A DNA stretch of 61,828 nucleotides, counting the filler. It is 16 parts of 16 records of this genome, joined end to end, with 100 filler letters (N's around TTAATTAATTAA, not from the genome) between each part and the next. Parts side by side here need not be neighbours in the genome. Positions count along the whole stretch, not along the records: positions 22,824 to 26,794 come from SRR7504441_127025; positions 26,895 to 33,021 come from SRR7504441_127198; positions 33,122 to 36,143 come from SRR7504441_127226; positions 36,244 to 39,245 come from SRR7504441_127305; 12 more parts are not named here. One strand, written 5' to 3'. Below the pieces are notes generated by a model. That model saw only the letters and a program-made list of their open reading frames with translations, had not been told where the DNA came from and ran no database searches. A program made the position numbers and the translations under genes. Below, in pieces: positions 23,814-36,537 of the stretch (positions are counted from its first letter, which is position 1; each line of letters begins with the position of its first letter).

Positions 23814-24743
23814 ATGGAGTGCAGCGAAAGCGACGACGACGCCAATGGTGCTGCCTGGCCGCCCCCGGGCGAGCACGGCACAGGCGCGCTGGCCGAGCTT
23901 GGACAAGCGGCCGAGCTCAAGCGCCGGCGTCTTCAGCAGGCTCACACCGAGGCTCTGCGGGTGCAGCGTCAGCTGGACAACGACGTGCTCGGGGCGCAGG
24001 ACCTCATGCTCAGGGATATTGTGCACCACGCGGCCCGGCACCCGTACGCGACGCGGTTCGACCTGCCAGCGCTGGAGCTGCCCCGGTGCAGCTGCATCGA
24101 GCCAGTCCTCCAAATGCTGCGGTGCGGCACTGCAGGTCGCAGCAAGTAACCACGGAGCATACTGCTACCTGCACATGCCGACGCTTCTGGGGGAAGCCAA
24201 CCATCTTTTTGACGAGGTGTAAAAAGAGCAAGCCATTGTGCATAATCCATAATGCCAGCTCGACACCAATAAGGACTCAGTTCTCGATTTGCAAGAAGTC
24301 CTGGCGCGGCTTTCGGACCGTGGGCTCACGGATTATGAGATTGCTCGGTAAACTAGCCATTGTTGCTTTGTCTACCGTGGTGTGAGGTTAGCACAGGTTG
24401 CATAGGGCCCTTGACACAGATAGGTGACCAACACAACAAGCCCTGCTTTGAGCTCTAATCAAGGTCGTTGATTGTGACCGTGGGTGGCAGAAATCAGGTA
24501 CTTTCTAGGCGAGAGTTTGTCACAGGTTACGCTAAATTCAAGGCCTATGATACTATGATGAAGGCACCAAGCTTTCTAGAAGGTTACCGTGGTTCGATGG
24601 AATTCGATCGAGTTGAGACAATGATGGCGTATCCTTCTGCGCAAGAGGAGGATGCAAGTGCTGAATTCACTCGAAGTAAAAGCATGTTTGAACCGTCAAG
24701 CACTACGGCCAGTCGCCGGAGACCAAGCAGAATACTAACGTGA
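23814..24743 (+). CDS. EF-hand pair protein, multi-intron
   Basis: Removing three GT-AG introns gives ANHLFDE|LDTNKDSVLDLQEVLARLSDRGLTDYEIAR|LHRALDTDR|NQVLSRREFVTGY, which contains two EF-hand loops. The first exon junction is unresolved. Confidence 0.7.
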
Positions 24744-24987
24744 TTGCTTATTATTGATTAAAAGGCATTTATACGACTTCTAGACGAATTAATCATTGAA
24801 CGTGCACGTGCGTAGACTGTACATGTATAGGTACATTTATTAGAAAATCGGAGCCCTAAGGCACACATAACCTACATTGAACGTGCATAGACTGGCTACT
24901 AAGTTGTTAATATGCATGTATTTAATCGAATTACATGTAGAGCGCCATGGTCCTAACGGCATGCATTGTCACGCACTAGTGACGCAT

Positions 24988-25116
24988 TACATGCAACTCG
25001 GTTCAGATCTGGACTCGAAAGACAAGCTCACTCTACATCAAGACAAGCTCACTCTACATCACTCTACCTGTAGAGTGAGCTTGTCTTTCGAGTCCAAATC
25101 GTGCTAAGTGCATGTA
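24988..25116. mobile_element. MITE-like inverted-repeat element flanked by TA
   Basis: TA|CATGCA...TGCATG|TA termini. Inner arms 25006-25037 and 25069-25100 are complementary at 31/32. There is an internal tandem duplication of AAGACAAGCTCACTCTACATC. Confidence 0.6.
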
Positions 25117-25117
25117 A

Positions 25118-26794
25118 TCACCGAGAGCGTGTGGCAGGAGGTGGCGACTTTGATAGCTCACTTAGCTTAGCTTGTAGCGCCTCCAGCTCAGCACCGTCTT
25201 CATCAAATGCCGCTGAGGCAGCTGCTCCGAGGAGTGTAGCGCATTCAGCACGCAACCCATGAAATGCGTCCAGCGCCCGCCTTGCAATTTGGTCCTTCTC
25301 CTTGAGCTGTCGGGCTAGGGCCTCCTCCCGTAGCCTAAAGCCAATCATCAGCTCAGATAACCTGTCACATTTGTCGTCCGAACGACGTCGGAATTCCCGC
25401 TCGTGGTCTATCTCGCTCTCGGCGGCTTCCGCGCGTGCTTTGAGCTGAACTAGTTCCTCCAGCAGGTTGTCCTTGTCCAGTGCAGCCAGGTTGAGGTCTG
25501 CTCGCATAGCATTTTCAGATGACCTGTAACTCGACATTTTTGCTTTTATTTGGGCTTCCCGCTGTCTTGACACTATGGCACTCGCTGATTCCTGCCCATC
25601 GGACTTCAGCTGCAACTTGAAGCTGCCCTCTTCCTGCCTATCTGTGGAGTATTCTCCCTCAATTCCATCAGAGCCTATGCTCCCCTCAAAGTACTGCCTG
25701 CCGCCACCGTGGGCTGAGGACCAGGTGACTTTTCCAGTGTCGGCATCGTATTGACCCTCCCAGGAGGATGAAACACAAGCCTGCTCTGCTCTGAATCGAC
25801 CATCTTTGAGCTCAACTTCAGCAAGCAACTCGCTTGGCTGCCCTCCCTCTGGCTGCATGAATCCACTAAGCAGCCATTCGCCCTCTCCAACTGGCTGATC
25901 TGGGGAGACCATCGCAACTTCGTCTATCATAGCTCTGCCATCAATCACGTGTACCTGCAGCTGCGCCGATTTCCCTGCCGCAGTTCTTGTTGACGATTGC
26001 TTGGGCAAGCCAGCGTTTAGACCAGTGGAGCGCACGGGCAGTGCATCGTAGCCACACACTTCGGTATCATCTCCCAGCACGAGCACCATGCTGTGCGCAT
26101 TACCACCCTCCATAAGTAGAACTTCCATTCCCGCCAGCGCAGTCACCTGCACTGGTTCTGGCTGAATCGCCTCGGAGCCCAATCCCAGCCGCCCGTCGCC
26201 GCCATGCCCCCAGCACCACAGTGAATCACGCGAGCAGGCCATCAAGTGATGCGCGCCTGCAGCCACCTGGTCGATTTGAACGCCGGGCCCGAAATCTATC
26301 CGAGTGGGCACTGCAAGACGCCGGGACCTCATCGCCAACTGTCCAGATACAGGGCAGCCCCAGGCAAAACAGCTGCCGTCCGAGCCCGCCACAATGCTCA
26401 CCGACTTGCCACAACTAAACCCGACCACACAAGCCGTGCCAATCTGTTCTTCCAGGCTCTCTAGCCGAACAGGCGACATGGCAGCATCGGCGCTGCTCAT
26501 GGTGCCCAGCTGGCCCTGTGTGTTGTCCCCCCAAACAAACACGCTGCCGTCAGTGCAGACAGCCCCGACATGCCCCGATCCTGCGGACACAGCCACCACC
26601 TCTCCCAGTGCGTCGACCGGCACCTGCCCAGGCAGGCAGGCTTTGTCGTCCGGCCGGCCGAGCTGGCCGAGGGATCCATCGCCCCACGTCCAAACCCCGC
26701 CGGCGCCGTCCACCGCCGCTGAGAATCTCTCGCCAGCGGCCACGAGCCGGACTGCCGTCTGTGTGAACGGCTGGAGCAGCTGGGGCACCCGCAG
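25118..26794 (-). CDS. RCC1-repeat protein with C-terminal coiled coil, 5'-truncated
   Basis: Repeated RCC1 blades (VAAGERFSAAV..GGVWTWGDGSLGQLG, VSAGSGHVGAV..DGSVFVWGDNTQGQLG, VAAGAHH...WCWGHGGDGRLGLG) followed by an E/R/L-rich heptad tail. Confidence 0.88.
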   Translation of the reverse strand: MRVPQLLQPFTQTAVRLVAAGERFSAAVDGAGGVWTWGDGSLGQLGRPDDKACLPGQVPVDALGEVVAVSAGSGHVGAVCTDGSVFVWGDNTQGQLGTMSSADAAMSPVRLESLEEQIGTACVVGFSCGKSVSIVAGSDGSCFAWGCPVSGQLAMRSRRLAVPTRIDFGPGVQIDQVAAGAHHLMACSRDSLWCWGHGGDGRLGLGSEAIQPEPVQVTALAGMEVLLMEGGNAHSMVLVLGDDTEVCGYDALPVRSTGLNAGLPKQSSTRTAAGKSAQLQVHVIDGRAMIDEVAMVSPDQPVGEGEWLLSGFMQPEGGQPSELLAEVELKDGRFRAEQACVSSSWEGQYDADTGKVTWSSAHGGGRQYFEGSIGSDGIEGEYSTDRQEEGSFKLQLKSDGQESASAIVSRQREAQIKAKMSSYRSSENAMRADLNLAALDKDNLLEELVQLKARAEAAESEIDHEREFRRRSDDKCDRLSELMIGFRLREEALARQLKEKDQIARRALDAFHGLRAECATLLGAAASAAFDEDGAELEALQAKLSELSKSPPPATRSR

Positions 26795-26894
26795 NNNNNN
26801 NNNNNNNNNNNNNNNNNNNNNNNNNNNNNNNNNNNNNNTTAATTAATTAANNNNNNNNNNNNNNNNNNNNNNNNNNNNNNNNNNNNNNNNNNNN

Positions 26895-29800
26895 ATTCCG
26901 GTTGAGGGAGCCGGAACCTGACGATGTCACACAACCTGTGCAGTCCCAACTTCAGGCTGCAGTTGGCCACCTTTCAAAGCTGCGTCGAAAGTCGCGCCTA
27001 CATCTTCGGATGAAGACAGCATGGGGCATTCTTCGGATGCTCCAGGCATGTTTCCAGATGCTGAAAAACGTAGATCCTCGCGATGCACTCGATCACCAAG
27101 CAACCGACTATTGTGAGAGCTTTGTGGTGCGGGCCGTTGTATTTTTAGGTCGCGTGGCGGGGGAAGGCGTGGCATGGCAGAATACCCACGAGAGTGACGA
27201 ATTCTGCGGTGCATGCACCAACTTATTAAGGCACGTTGAACAGACAGACCGGGCATTGAGCTTTGCAAAGACCAGATTTCAAGTTTGTAATCGGATTGTG
27301 GCATTTGCTTCGGACCGGCTTCTAAGATGGGAGGCTTGCTGTAAGTCGAGAGCCAGCGGCAAGCTCAATGACTTGGTTCCCGAGGATTCAACCTGGCGAG
27401 TCTACCTTGGACAGTTGGACTGTATTCTCGAGGTCACCCTAATGGAGCCGGTTCCATCACGAGCAAAGACGATTAGAGTACGTTTGATAGACATGCGTTG
27501 TAATCAAGATATCAGCTTTGATTGCCGAACAAGGAATTTCAGTACTTACGACAGGCTCCGGAAGCAGAAGACAGCCTCGATTGTTCTGGGCAGAGATCTC
27601 GAAGAAGCTGCCGCAGCAATTAAGATCCTCGGGATCCTTCGACCAGCCCAGCAGTACTTCGCACAGTCTCCAGGATTTAGAAAGCTGCTTCAGGCCATCT
27701 TACAATTCGACCCAATTCGTCTGTCCGCGCCAAAATGCAGCGCTGGTGACAGCTCTGATGCCGAGCTTGGTCTGCGAACTAGTGCAGTCGAACTTTGGTT
27801 AGCAGACCAAGCTCAGCATCAGTGCTGTCTCTTTCTACAGCATATGCTGCACTCTAGTGATCTGCGGGTTGTATTCGACGCTGCTGAACTGCTGGTGCCG
27901 TACATGAGACTCAAGGTATTCTCAGACAATGCTACCCACCAGGTTACACAATCAAAAGACCTGAACTCGTTTGTACATAGATTCATGGGTCGAATATTGA
28001 GCGATGCTAGCTTTTTGAAACGTGAGATGTCCCGGATAGACACGCTGTCGCTCTTGACATGGCAGTGGCGTTTCAGCCTTGTGCTGCCCAAAATCATGCT
28101 GGTGAGACTAGACACGTGCTTTCGTATGATCGTCTGTGAAAATGCCCCAGAAACCATGTCAAGCGCAGAACTAAAGATTCTCGAAACGCTGATTACCCTT
28201 CTGTTGGAAGTGCTCATAAGTCCCGAATGTGTCTTACCGCGCAAGGACTCCCACGAGGAAAGTCAATACCTCTGGCTATTGCAAGAGTGCCTCTTCAGCA
28301 AGAGTCCTGCCTTTTACCAGGTAGCTCACCGCGCGCTGGCCTCTTGTGTGCAACAGCGTAAGGACATGCCGACTGAGTTAATTGCGACGCCGTTTGAGTG
28401 GGTGGTCCCCTCGGAAGTGGGCTTTCTCGAATCTATGCATAGTCTGCTCCGGAAATTGGATACTGCTGAGACCTCGGCCCAAGTCCAAAAGGTGGCACGC
28501 AGCATAGAGGGATATACAAGAGTTGTCCGGATGCTTGTGCACCATTTCCAGGTCTTCTATCGCCGAGGAGACGACGCCGAAGAATGCCATAAGAGCCTGA
28601 TTCGGGCGACAATGCATTTTTGCGGAGTGAGTCACATTTCTGTAATGGGGCAGACAGTGATGCCAGTGACGCATCCTGACTTCATTTGCGGGCAGATGGT
28701 TGCTTGCGCGGTCTACCAGCTCTGGACCTGGATACATTTGAGACTCGCCGAGTTTCTCCAGAATCACAAGTTCCACGGATTGGCCGTAGATGCCTCATCC
28801 ACTTACTCTTCTCCGAGGCTTTTCGGTTCCACCATGTCACCGTCCCGCAGCCTGCAAGCAATGTTTTGTAAGTTGCTCCAGTGCACCACTTCGTTCATCG
28901 CAACTCTGGTTATGTGCGAGCATAAAACCTTGGATTGGAAGTATGTTGGGCACGCGCCAGTTGCTTTGCGGCGAGAGACCTCTTTCAACTGCGATGTACT
29001 GACGCAGCTGCTTCAGTGGAATGGTCCGCAGTCCACGGCACAGCTTCTTATAGCCACCCACCGGTGCAAAGAGAGTTTCACTGGCGTGCCTGCATTGGCT
29101 TCTCTGGACTTCGATTTCAGAGATATAATTTCGAGCATGTTCTCGAGCTTCGACGCAGATGACGCGTCTAGATTAGATCTATCACAAACTGGCTTCGAGC
29201 TGATCATTGAGCTCCTCGAAGAGGCACTGCTCCATGAGCAAGGTCAGGAGATCCAGCGTCGCTCGTGCCTTATGCGCCTTCAGGAGAGGGCCGATAGCGA
29301 GCGCTTCCAAAGTTTTACGGTGTCGACTGACTTGAATTTAAGGATGCTCGACAGCCCTGTTTCTGGATACCCAGAGCTAGGTGTTAGCCATGCTCTCTCA
29401 GTTTTTAATGATCAGTATGAGACCGCCTTCACCTTTCGCTGCGACGAACAAGCTCGTTTAAGCGTGTACTCAGTCTTCAAATTGAAGATGATACAACTCT
29501 CTGAGAATATTGTCAATGCTCTTTTCAAGGCCTCGCGCCAGATTGATACAACCATTGCTCGGTATAAACTCAGCCGCCGAACAGGAAAGACTCCGCCAGC
29601 TATGTGGGAGCTGATGGCATCGACTTGGCGCTATTCACTATCCGGCAGTCTCAATTGGAACTTTGCAGATGAAGTGTTGCAAACCGTTTTTGACAATTTC
29701 TGTACATTATGGGAGCAAACAAAGCAGGCGGAACGAGCGAGTTTCAATTCAGCATCTAAGCATGTTTCGAACTCCGAAGCAGAATTTACCAGAAGAGTCG

Positions 29801-32800
29801 AAGAGAAAGTCCTTAACCAATTGGACCCATCTGATCCTTTGGACTTTTGTCAATGGTTCGTGCGTCTCATGCTGTTGCGCTGGACCGCTCGACAGTTCCA
29901 ACAGGCGCCAGGGTCTACTTCGCGGCCAAAGCGCAGGCGTATGACCACAGCAGGGATGATATGCAAACTCCTTCGGTTAGGTATGTGCCTGACAATGTCA
30001 GGCAATGTGACATTATATGCTTGCAGGTCCCAAAATCAGAGGAGAATTTCTCAACTTGCTCAGCAGCAGCTCTACTCGCGGAGGTGCTCAATTCAAATGG
30101 GAGTGGAGTAGCCATTTGAGGCGCTTAGTGTTTCGCGCACTGCAGATGTCTATCAGTGGCTACAAGCATGAAGTGCTCAGTTGCGATCGTCAAAGCGATG
30201 CACCAGTCTTCGATTGCGGGGTCTGCACATGCTGCCAGCGACGGGCACTGCTCATGTCCGGTCTAAGCGTGCTGCATCATCTCACTGACCCCTCGCGAAT
30301 GGGCCACAAAAGAGGCAATATCAGGCTCTCATTGGATATTGAATCGGACTTTGTCCACTTGGGGGTTCCCTTCGTTGATGATTTGACACTGTTGTACGGG
30401 ATGTGTGGATACGACTGTCGCGTTTATAAAGAACAAGTCGCCTCGATGCGCCGCAGCAAGATCTCAGAAGACATTGCACGGGGCAAGGCGCATCACGACA
30501 GCGCGTTCTACTCAGCATGTGCTGTCTGGGAAAGAGCGCTCGAACTTTGGGGACAAGTTGGCAGCGTGTTATGCCACATAATTGATGGTTCACGACGAGA
30601 GACCCTGCGCCAGATGGTGACTGACATGATTCATTTAACAGCCAATCAAGATCACGGTCACGTAGATGCCAAAACGCTGCCTGACCCCATTCCCGTGAAC
30701 CGGCGCACGGCATACCAATGTGACGACTTAGCATCATTTTGGCTGTCACAGGAGTTGAAATACCACCATAGCATGCCTTGCGTCAACGCGATTCCGTCCA
30801 GGGTCGGTCTACAAAGAGGGCCGTTTGGCACCACAGGCAGAGAAAGTCAAGCCATGGACTGGGATCCGTTTGTAGGCCGCGGGCGGCCCAGTTGGTTTGG
30901 GCGATCCTCAAAATTGAGCAATGCAAGCAGCGAAAATGGCGAGATGTTTATACAGCGGTTTGATATGCTTCGGTCAGCTAATTCAGACGTGGACAGTGTT
31001 CTCAGTGCAAACACGGATGGAACCTTCAGCCACGCGATGTCTGGTGTATTTGGTTCTGCTGTGAAATGTCTAATGCATGTGCGGGAGCCTGAGCCTTGCC
31101 AGGCCAGCAGCAATCCTTTCGACGCTATGGATCAAGAGATGTGTCTCCTCCGCAGAGGCAGCTGCTGCAAGGCGTTCGGCGACCAAGATGCTTGTGGAAA
31201 ATGTAGGCTATGCCTGCAATCAGTATACGACAACGTTGCTCAAAAGCTTACGGCCGGAAATCTTGCGCTGGTGAACCTCGTGCGCCTTTTGATGAATATA
31301 CGTCAACTTTCGACGTCAGAATTCGATGGCGCTTCACTAAAAGCGAAAAGAGAGCAGGCCTTGTTCGTATCAATGAGCATCCTGCCTGAACGCATGGTTC
31401 ATCTGATCGGAGGTCTTCACCTCGGCCGGTTCTATACCTTCGAAATGCATCAACCACTGCACGCGAAATCCTCCGTTCACCAAGAGGATGGTCTGGGCAG
31501 CGACGATTCAGGACACGAGATTCGCCTTGCTATTCTTCGGCTTCAGAGAGCTCTGGCACATGGCATCGTGCCATCTGAATTGACGTCTGTCAATCTGCTC
31601 GTTCTACCAGGCGTCGCAGTGGCCAAACTTGATGAGCTCTTGCGCCGCAGCTGGGATGACCATTCGATGGAAGATGAGGTGTCGAGGGCCTTGAAGCTCT
31701 CTTCAGAGTGTGTTAATGATATCCAGAACAATTGTGTGTCGCCTCATTGCATGGATGCCGCTGCCCATTATGCCGCAGGTAAGGTTTGCGCTGCGCTTTC
31801 GCCTCAGCCTGGCACGCTCTGTTACCATGGGCACCCTTGTACGTCCCTTAAGTGCAAACATGGCCTTATGTCCAAATCGTCATTCGCGATTCGTTGTGCC
31901 ATATCTGCTTATAGAACAGCGTCTAAGTGTATGCACCGGACGCCACTGGAAACGCACCAGATTCGCTGCGGCACGTGCAACAAGCTTGTAGACGAGCAGG
32001 ATGCGGCATTAAGCATCCCCGACGTAAGCTTGAGCGACAAGCGGCACCGTAAATGGGCAGATGGCATACCAGATTCCTTTGAGGCTCATCGAAGGCTCAC
32101 ACGCTTTGAGTGTTGCAATGACCGAGCTACCGTGCCCATCGAAACGCAAGAGGTGAACTGCTTTTCTGTGGCTGTAGCTGCCGTGCAAGAAGCCATGCAG
32201 TATGTCGACGCGCAAAATGGCGAATCGCTGTCAGATCAGGTAGGAGAGGCGGTGGCTTCGCAGGTTGCGCAGGAGACCGCAGCATTGATCAATTCGATCG
32301 CACAGCTGCTTGCCTATGTGCAAACGTTAAACCGTGACTTCATACCTAAGCTGAAACTGCTTGCGTCACAGATGGCCTGTCGAATTCTGAAACACGCGTC
32401 TTGGCTGTTTCAATCTCTACATGAATCGAACATCGACACTGCATCGCAGTATGCAAACTCGTTTTGTCGGGCGAGGGAAGAAGATTCGGACTCAGACGAA
32501 GCTGAGCTGGGAAAATCCGATTCCTGGGAACGCATGAGGCGGGCCACTGTGCCAGAATCGGTCAAACGGCAGGTTGTCTTATCATCGCCGTTTACTCCTC
32601 TGATCTTCGACTCCGCTGATGGAGCTTCTCGTGCCGGTCTAGTAGGTACATACACTCCAACGTTAGAGGACTTGAAAGCCATCGAATGCTGGGAACTAGG
32701 TCTTGGGTTGGAAGCAATGGGGTCAGAAATATGGGAAACCAACAGCGGCTGCGTGCTCAAGCATCACAAGCGCGTGATTGAATCGAGATTGCGTTCGGCA

Positions 32801-33021
32801 CTTGCCTTGCAGTTGTACAGCCTCGTGACGTCGATGCGGCACTTGACGTTCGATGAGATCTGCATCTGCACTAACAGATGTGTTGGGCGTTGCCAACAAG
32901 CAGTGATCGACAGCACGCTACAGCTGAGCATGGCCCCGGAAATTGTCGGCTGGTTCAAGCGCGAGCTTGATGCAATGTCGGCTGGGCCGAGGTATCGTGC
33001 ACACGGGTCAAATCCTGCCAG
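26895..33021 (+). CDS. Very large (>2000 aa) helical protein of unknown function, truncated at both ends, one 46-nt intron 29981-30026
   Basis: The 1069-aa and 1018-aa ORFs join in frame (KLLRLG|PKIRGEFL) after removing GTATGT...TTGCAG. No family recognised. Confidence 0.7.
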
Positions 33022-33222
33022 NNNNNNNNNNNNNNNNNNNNNNNNNNNNNNNNNNNNNNNNNNNNTTAATTAATTAANNNNNNNNNNNNNNNNNNNNNNN
33101 NNNNNNNNNNNNNNNNNNNNNATAGAACTCAAGGAAGGTGCATGTATTACATGTACTACGCTCTAACTACGCTATGTGAGGCTCGTCTACCGTCTGGTGA
33201 GTGGTCGCCATGGGGTGGCAGA

Positions 33223-35951
33223 TTATATGTTCACATCAATCACGTACTCCTCCCTACTTGGTTGCGCAAATTGTGATACTGAAGCTATTGGACGGCTAGA
33301 TGTTGGCTTGTACTGAGGAGTTGCTTGCTCTGATAGCGAGACATTAGAATAGCACTCAATGCTATCATCGAAGGACACAGAGCGCTTCCTACCAAACAAA
33401 GGATCACTATCGAAGCAGGGGGGGCTGCCTAGTAGCTTCGCCAAATTGCGGTATTGAGTCGAGCTGAGAGGTGTCTAGGATGCCTGGCGTGCCTTTATCC
33501 TGCATTCTGAGATCAAGCATTGGTCTTCCGTCTGCAAGAGTGCCTGCATGTGAAGCACTCCCCGTGGCAACCGGCCGGGTGAGATTGGCGAGGGTGGATT
33601 GGACAGGCCATCCTGCTTCTCCCTTATCTCTGGAGGCATCTGCATGCAGCACTTAGCTTATCGGGCACTGATAGCGTTGCACCTCATCATGGACAAACAG
33701 TTCAGTCATCCGATCTTTGAACCGCTGAGCATAGAACGTTGGGTCATTCACGGAGATGGCCTCTTTTTTTATGCAGATCCGCTTGCACCTGCACCCATTC
33801 CGACTGGCAAATGTATGCATCACCAGTGCTCTGTGGTCTTAAATGTATCGTACGTCTGAAGAATGTCAATCACTCCAAAGCATAGCACAACCACTTCGCC
33901 CGACGACTTTATTCCGATAGTCCCACCATAGTCCCTCTGGAACACGTTGGTCTTCCGCTGTATTGTGGCCAGGGCTCCGGGTGATTTGACCTGCAAGTTC
34001 ACCTTTGGGTACCCATCGGCTCCCATAATAAACTGATCGCTCGGCAGGTAATGCACGCCTAAAAGCAGGGAATAGTCCATAATCGACATACTCTCGAGGA
34101 ACTGGGTGTCCACCTGAAGCTGTTCTAAGACCATATCGTTTGTTTCACGTGGGGTGTAAACCTGCCCTCCTCTCAGACAGGTCGAGCCCTGTGGCCCGAC
34201 CTGAAAACCCAGATCCAAGTCCTTTAGTACGACCCCTTCTGCCTTCTTTTTCTCGTTCTGAGTGATCCGACCGTGTGTTGAACCCTTGATATCGTACACC
34301 TGCCAGCTTGCAAGCTGAGTGGCTGGTGAATGGTAAGGGCCACCTCGTGCACCACCATGTCAAACATATTGCTCATTACCACAAGCCGGATTGGGGGCAT
34401 GTTGTGCGGTTTGACGCAGTACAGTCCATAGAACAGGGTTATGGTAGTATTGTCGTGCTTCATCACATGTTCGTAATAGTACGGCAGGATCCTCCTCAGG
34501 AACTGCGCCTCCTTCTTGGACACGGATTTGATCAGGTACTTCATGTCATGCGAAAAGTAAAACACGGCCCCAGACTTGCCAGGTGAGCCAAGCTCGCGCA
34601 GTGGAGCCTCGTCACATATCGACCCGAGGTAATCGTCCACAGTTATAGCATACTGCTCCCGGATCTGCCTAAATACATTAGGGCAATAGTCCTTAAACCC
34701 GAAATCTCGCGATGTATGCGGAGGGGTGGACACAGTGCCCTCCGCCGGGAACATCTCGTGGTGCTTAACCGAAAAGTCACTCAGAGTGATTCTGTTCCGC
34801 CGAGCTTCGTGGCAGACCTGGGTAGCGACGCGAATCCCGAGCTTCAGGTTAACCATAACTTCGTATGAGGGTGTCCCATTCACCACAAGTCTGCCCTTTT
34901 TTACCTTATATTTCTTGCGCCGGATATTTTCCGCCTCCACCCTGGGCATTGACCGGAACTTGGCGTCCGACTCAAGCCCTTCTAGACCAACCCCACTAGT
35001 CCTGGGCGAGCCAGGGAGCGAGACGTAACCAGTTGAATGGGGGGGGGTGAGCCCGAGCTGTTGGTGGTACCCAATCAGCTTTGACAGGCAACTCACCTGC
35101 AGCCGAGTGAGCCGAGGCCCGGCTAGTCGGCCCACCTGTAGGTCGAGTCCGTCCTCGCTGAACGCATTCCCAAACACCAGAGGCAGCGAGAACTCCCAGA
35201 TCGGCACAAGCGAGAGGTGATGAGTTTCAAAGCTGACGATCCAGGCGTGCAGCTGTGGCATCACAATCTGGAGCACGTGGATCGATGGCCGGGGCAGCAC
35301 GCTGAGCAGCCCGAGCATTGTGCTGACCCGCAGCGTCTCGTCCATAGACGACGCGCTCGCCACAGACAGGAAGGCGGCCAGAAGGCTGGGTGGGATGATC
35401 GCTTCTTCCAGCTGCACCAAGTACCCTCGGAGCGCGCCGACCGCCACCAGCGCATTAGTGGACTTGGGAACGCCTTGCACCACCCCGGAGAGCAGACCCC
35501 GCCAAAGCTTGTCGGCTTCGGTCATTTCAAACTCGTTGGGTTGGCGCTCGAGCTGCGCCGCGCTGTGGTGCGGCCCGAGAGCCTCCAGGTGGTTCGTCAG
35601 CTCTCTGACCACCCGGATGACCGACGATGTGCTTAGCCGGCCAGACCCACACCCCTGACGCTCCTCCCCCCAGGCGCCCTCGTCCGCGTCGCGCAGATCT
35701 GGTGTAGACATTGACCGGCGGACCGCCGGGAGCGAGGCTTCGAACAGCTCGACCGACACCTGACTGGGCGATGTACCCAGCTCAGGCGACCCCCGCTTGG
35801 CCCCCAATTCCATCCAGCCGTCACACATTCCCTTTTTCAAACATGGAGACGCCGCGGTGGGCTTTGGGGCGTTTGAAGGAGCGACGGAGCGGGTCTGGTC
35901 TGAGCACAACGGGGGGGGTAAATGGCACGTGGCGCCGACGGCCGACCCCAT
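33223..35951 (-). CDS. PI4P 5-kinase (PIP5K) with N-terminal RhoGAP-like domain
   Basis: PIP5K motifs NLKLGIR, FKDYCPNVFRQIRE, LRELGSPGKSGAVFYFSHDMKYLIKSV, YDIKGSTHGR, LKDLD, IMDYSLLLGVH, FGVIDILQTY and AISVNDPTFYAQRF. Upstream is GALRGYLVQLEEAIIP...LPRPSIHVLQIVMPQL...LPLVFG. The exact 3' end is uncertain. Confidence 0.85.
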
Positions 35952-36537
35952 CGACGGGACTCCTGGACTTCGGTCCCGGGAGGAGCCCGGCCTTTACCCG
36001 GCCCCTAGACTCAACTATTAATAAAATGTCATCGGGAAGTAGGTAGCGACTGACTGAGCATCTGGAGACTGCTCGGCGGTTGGAGGCGGTTGCATCTCAG
36101 GCGGGTGAGCACCGTTGAAATCGTTTAGTAAAACCTAGCTATGNNNNNNNNNNNNNNNNNNNNNNNNNNNNNNNNNNNNNNNNNNNNTTAATTAATTAAN
36201 NNNNNNNNNNNNNNNNNNNNNNNNNNNNNNNNNNNNNNNNNNNGTGTTATCGCCCTCATCCCCCAGTCCCATACTGTATTAAGTGGTCTCTCTAGAATTA
36301 CATGTACTTGTAGAATGGTGGGTCACCGTGGGTGATTGCGACATGCATAAAAACGAATTAAAGCGTGTTTACAATCGCCCTCTGTCATATGCGCCTTATC
36401 CATACTAAAGCGGCTCGACGTTCTATCGTTGTTTAATCTGCGCTACATTAATTTTCAATGAACCCAAGTTTTGCGGCCCACGGATGTGTCTCGGACTCGT
36501 ACTTAACTTGCTCGAGATCACGTGATTTTGTTCAAGA

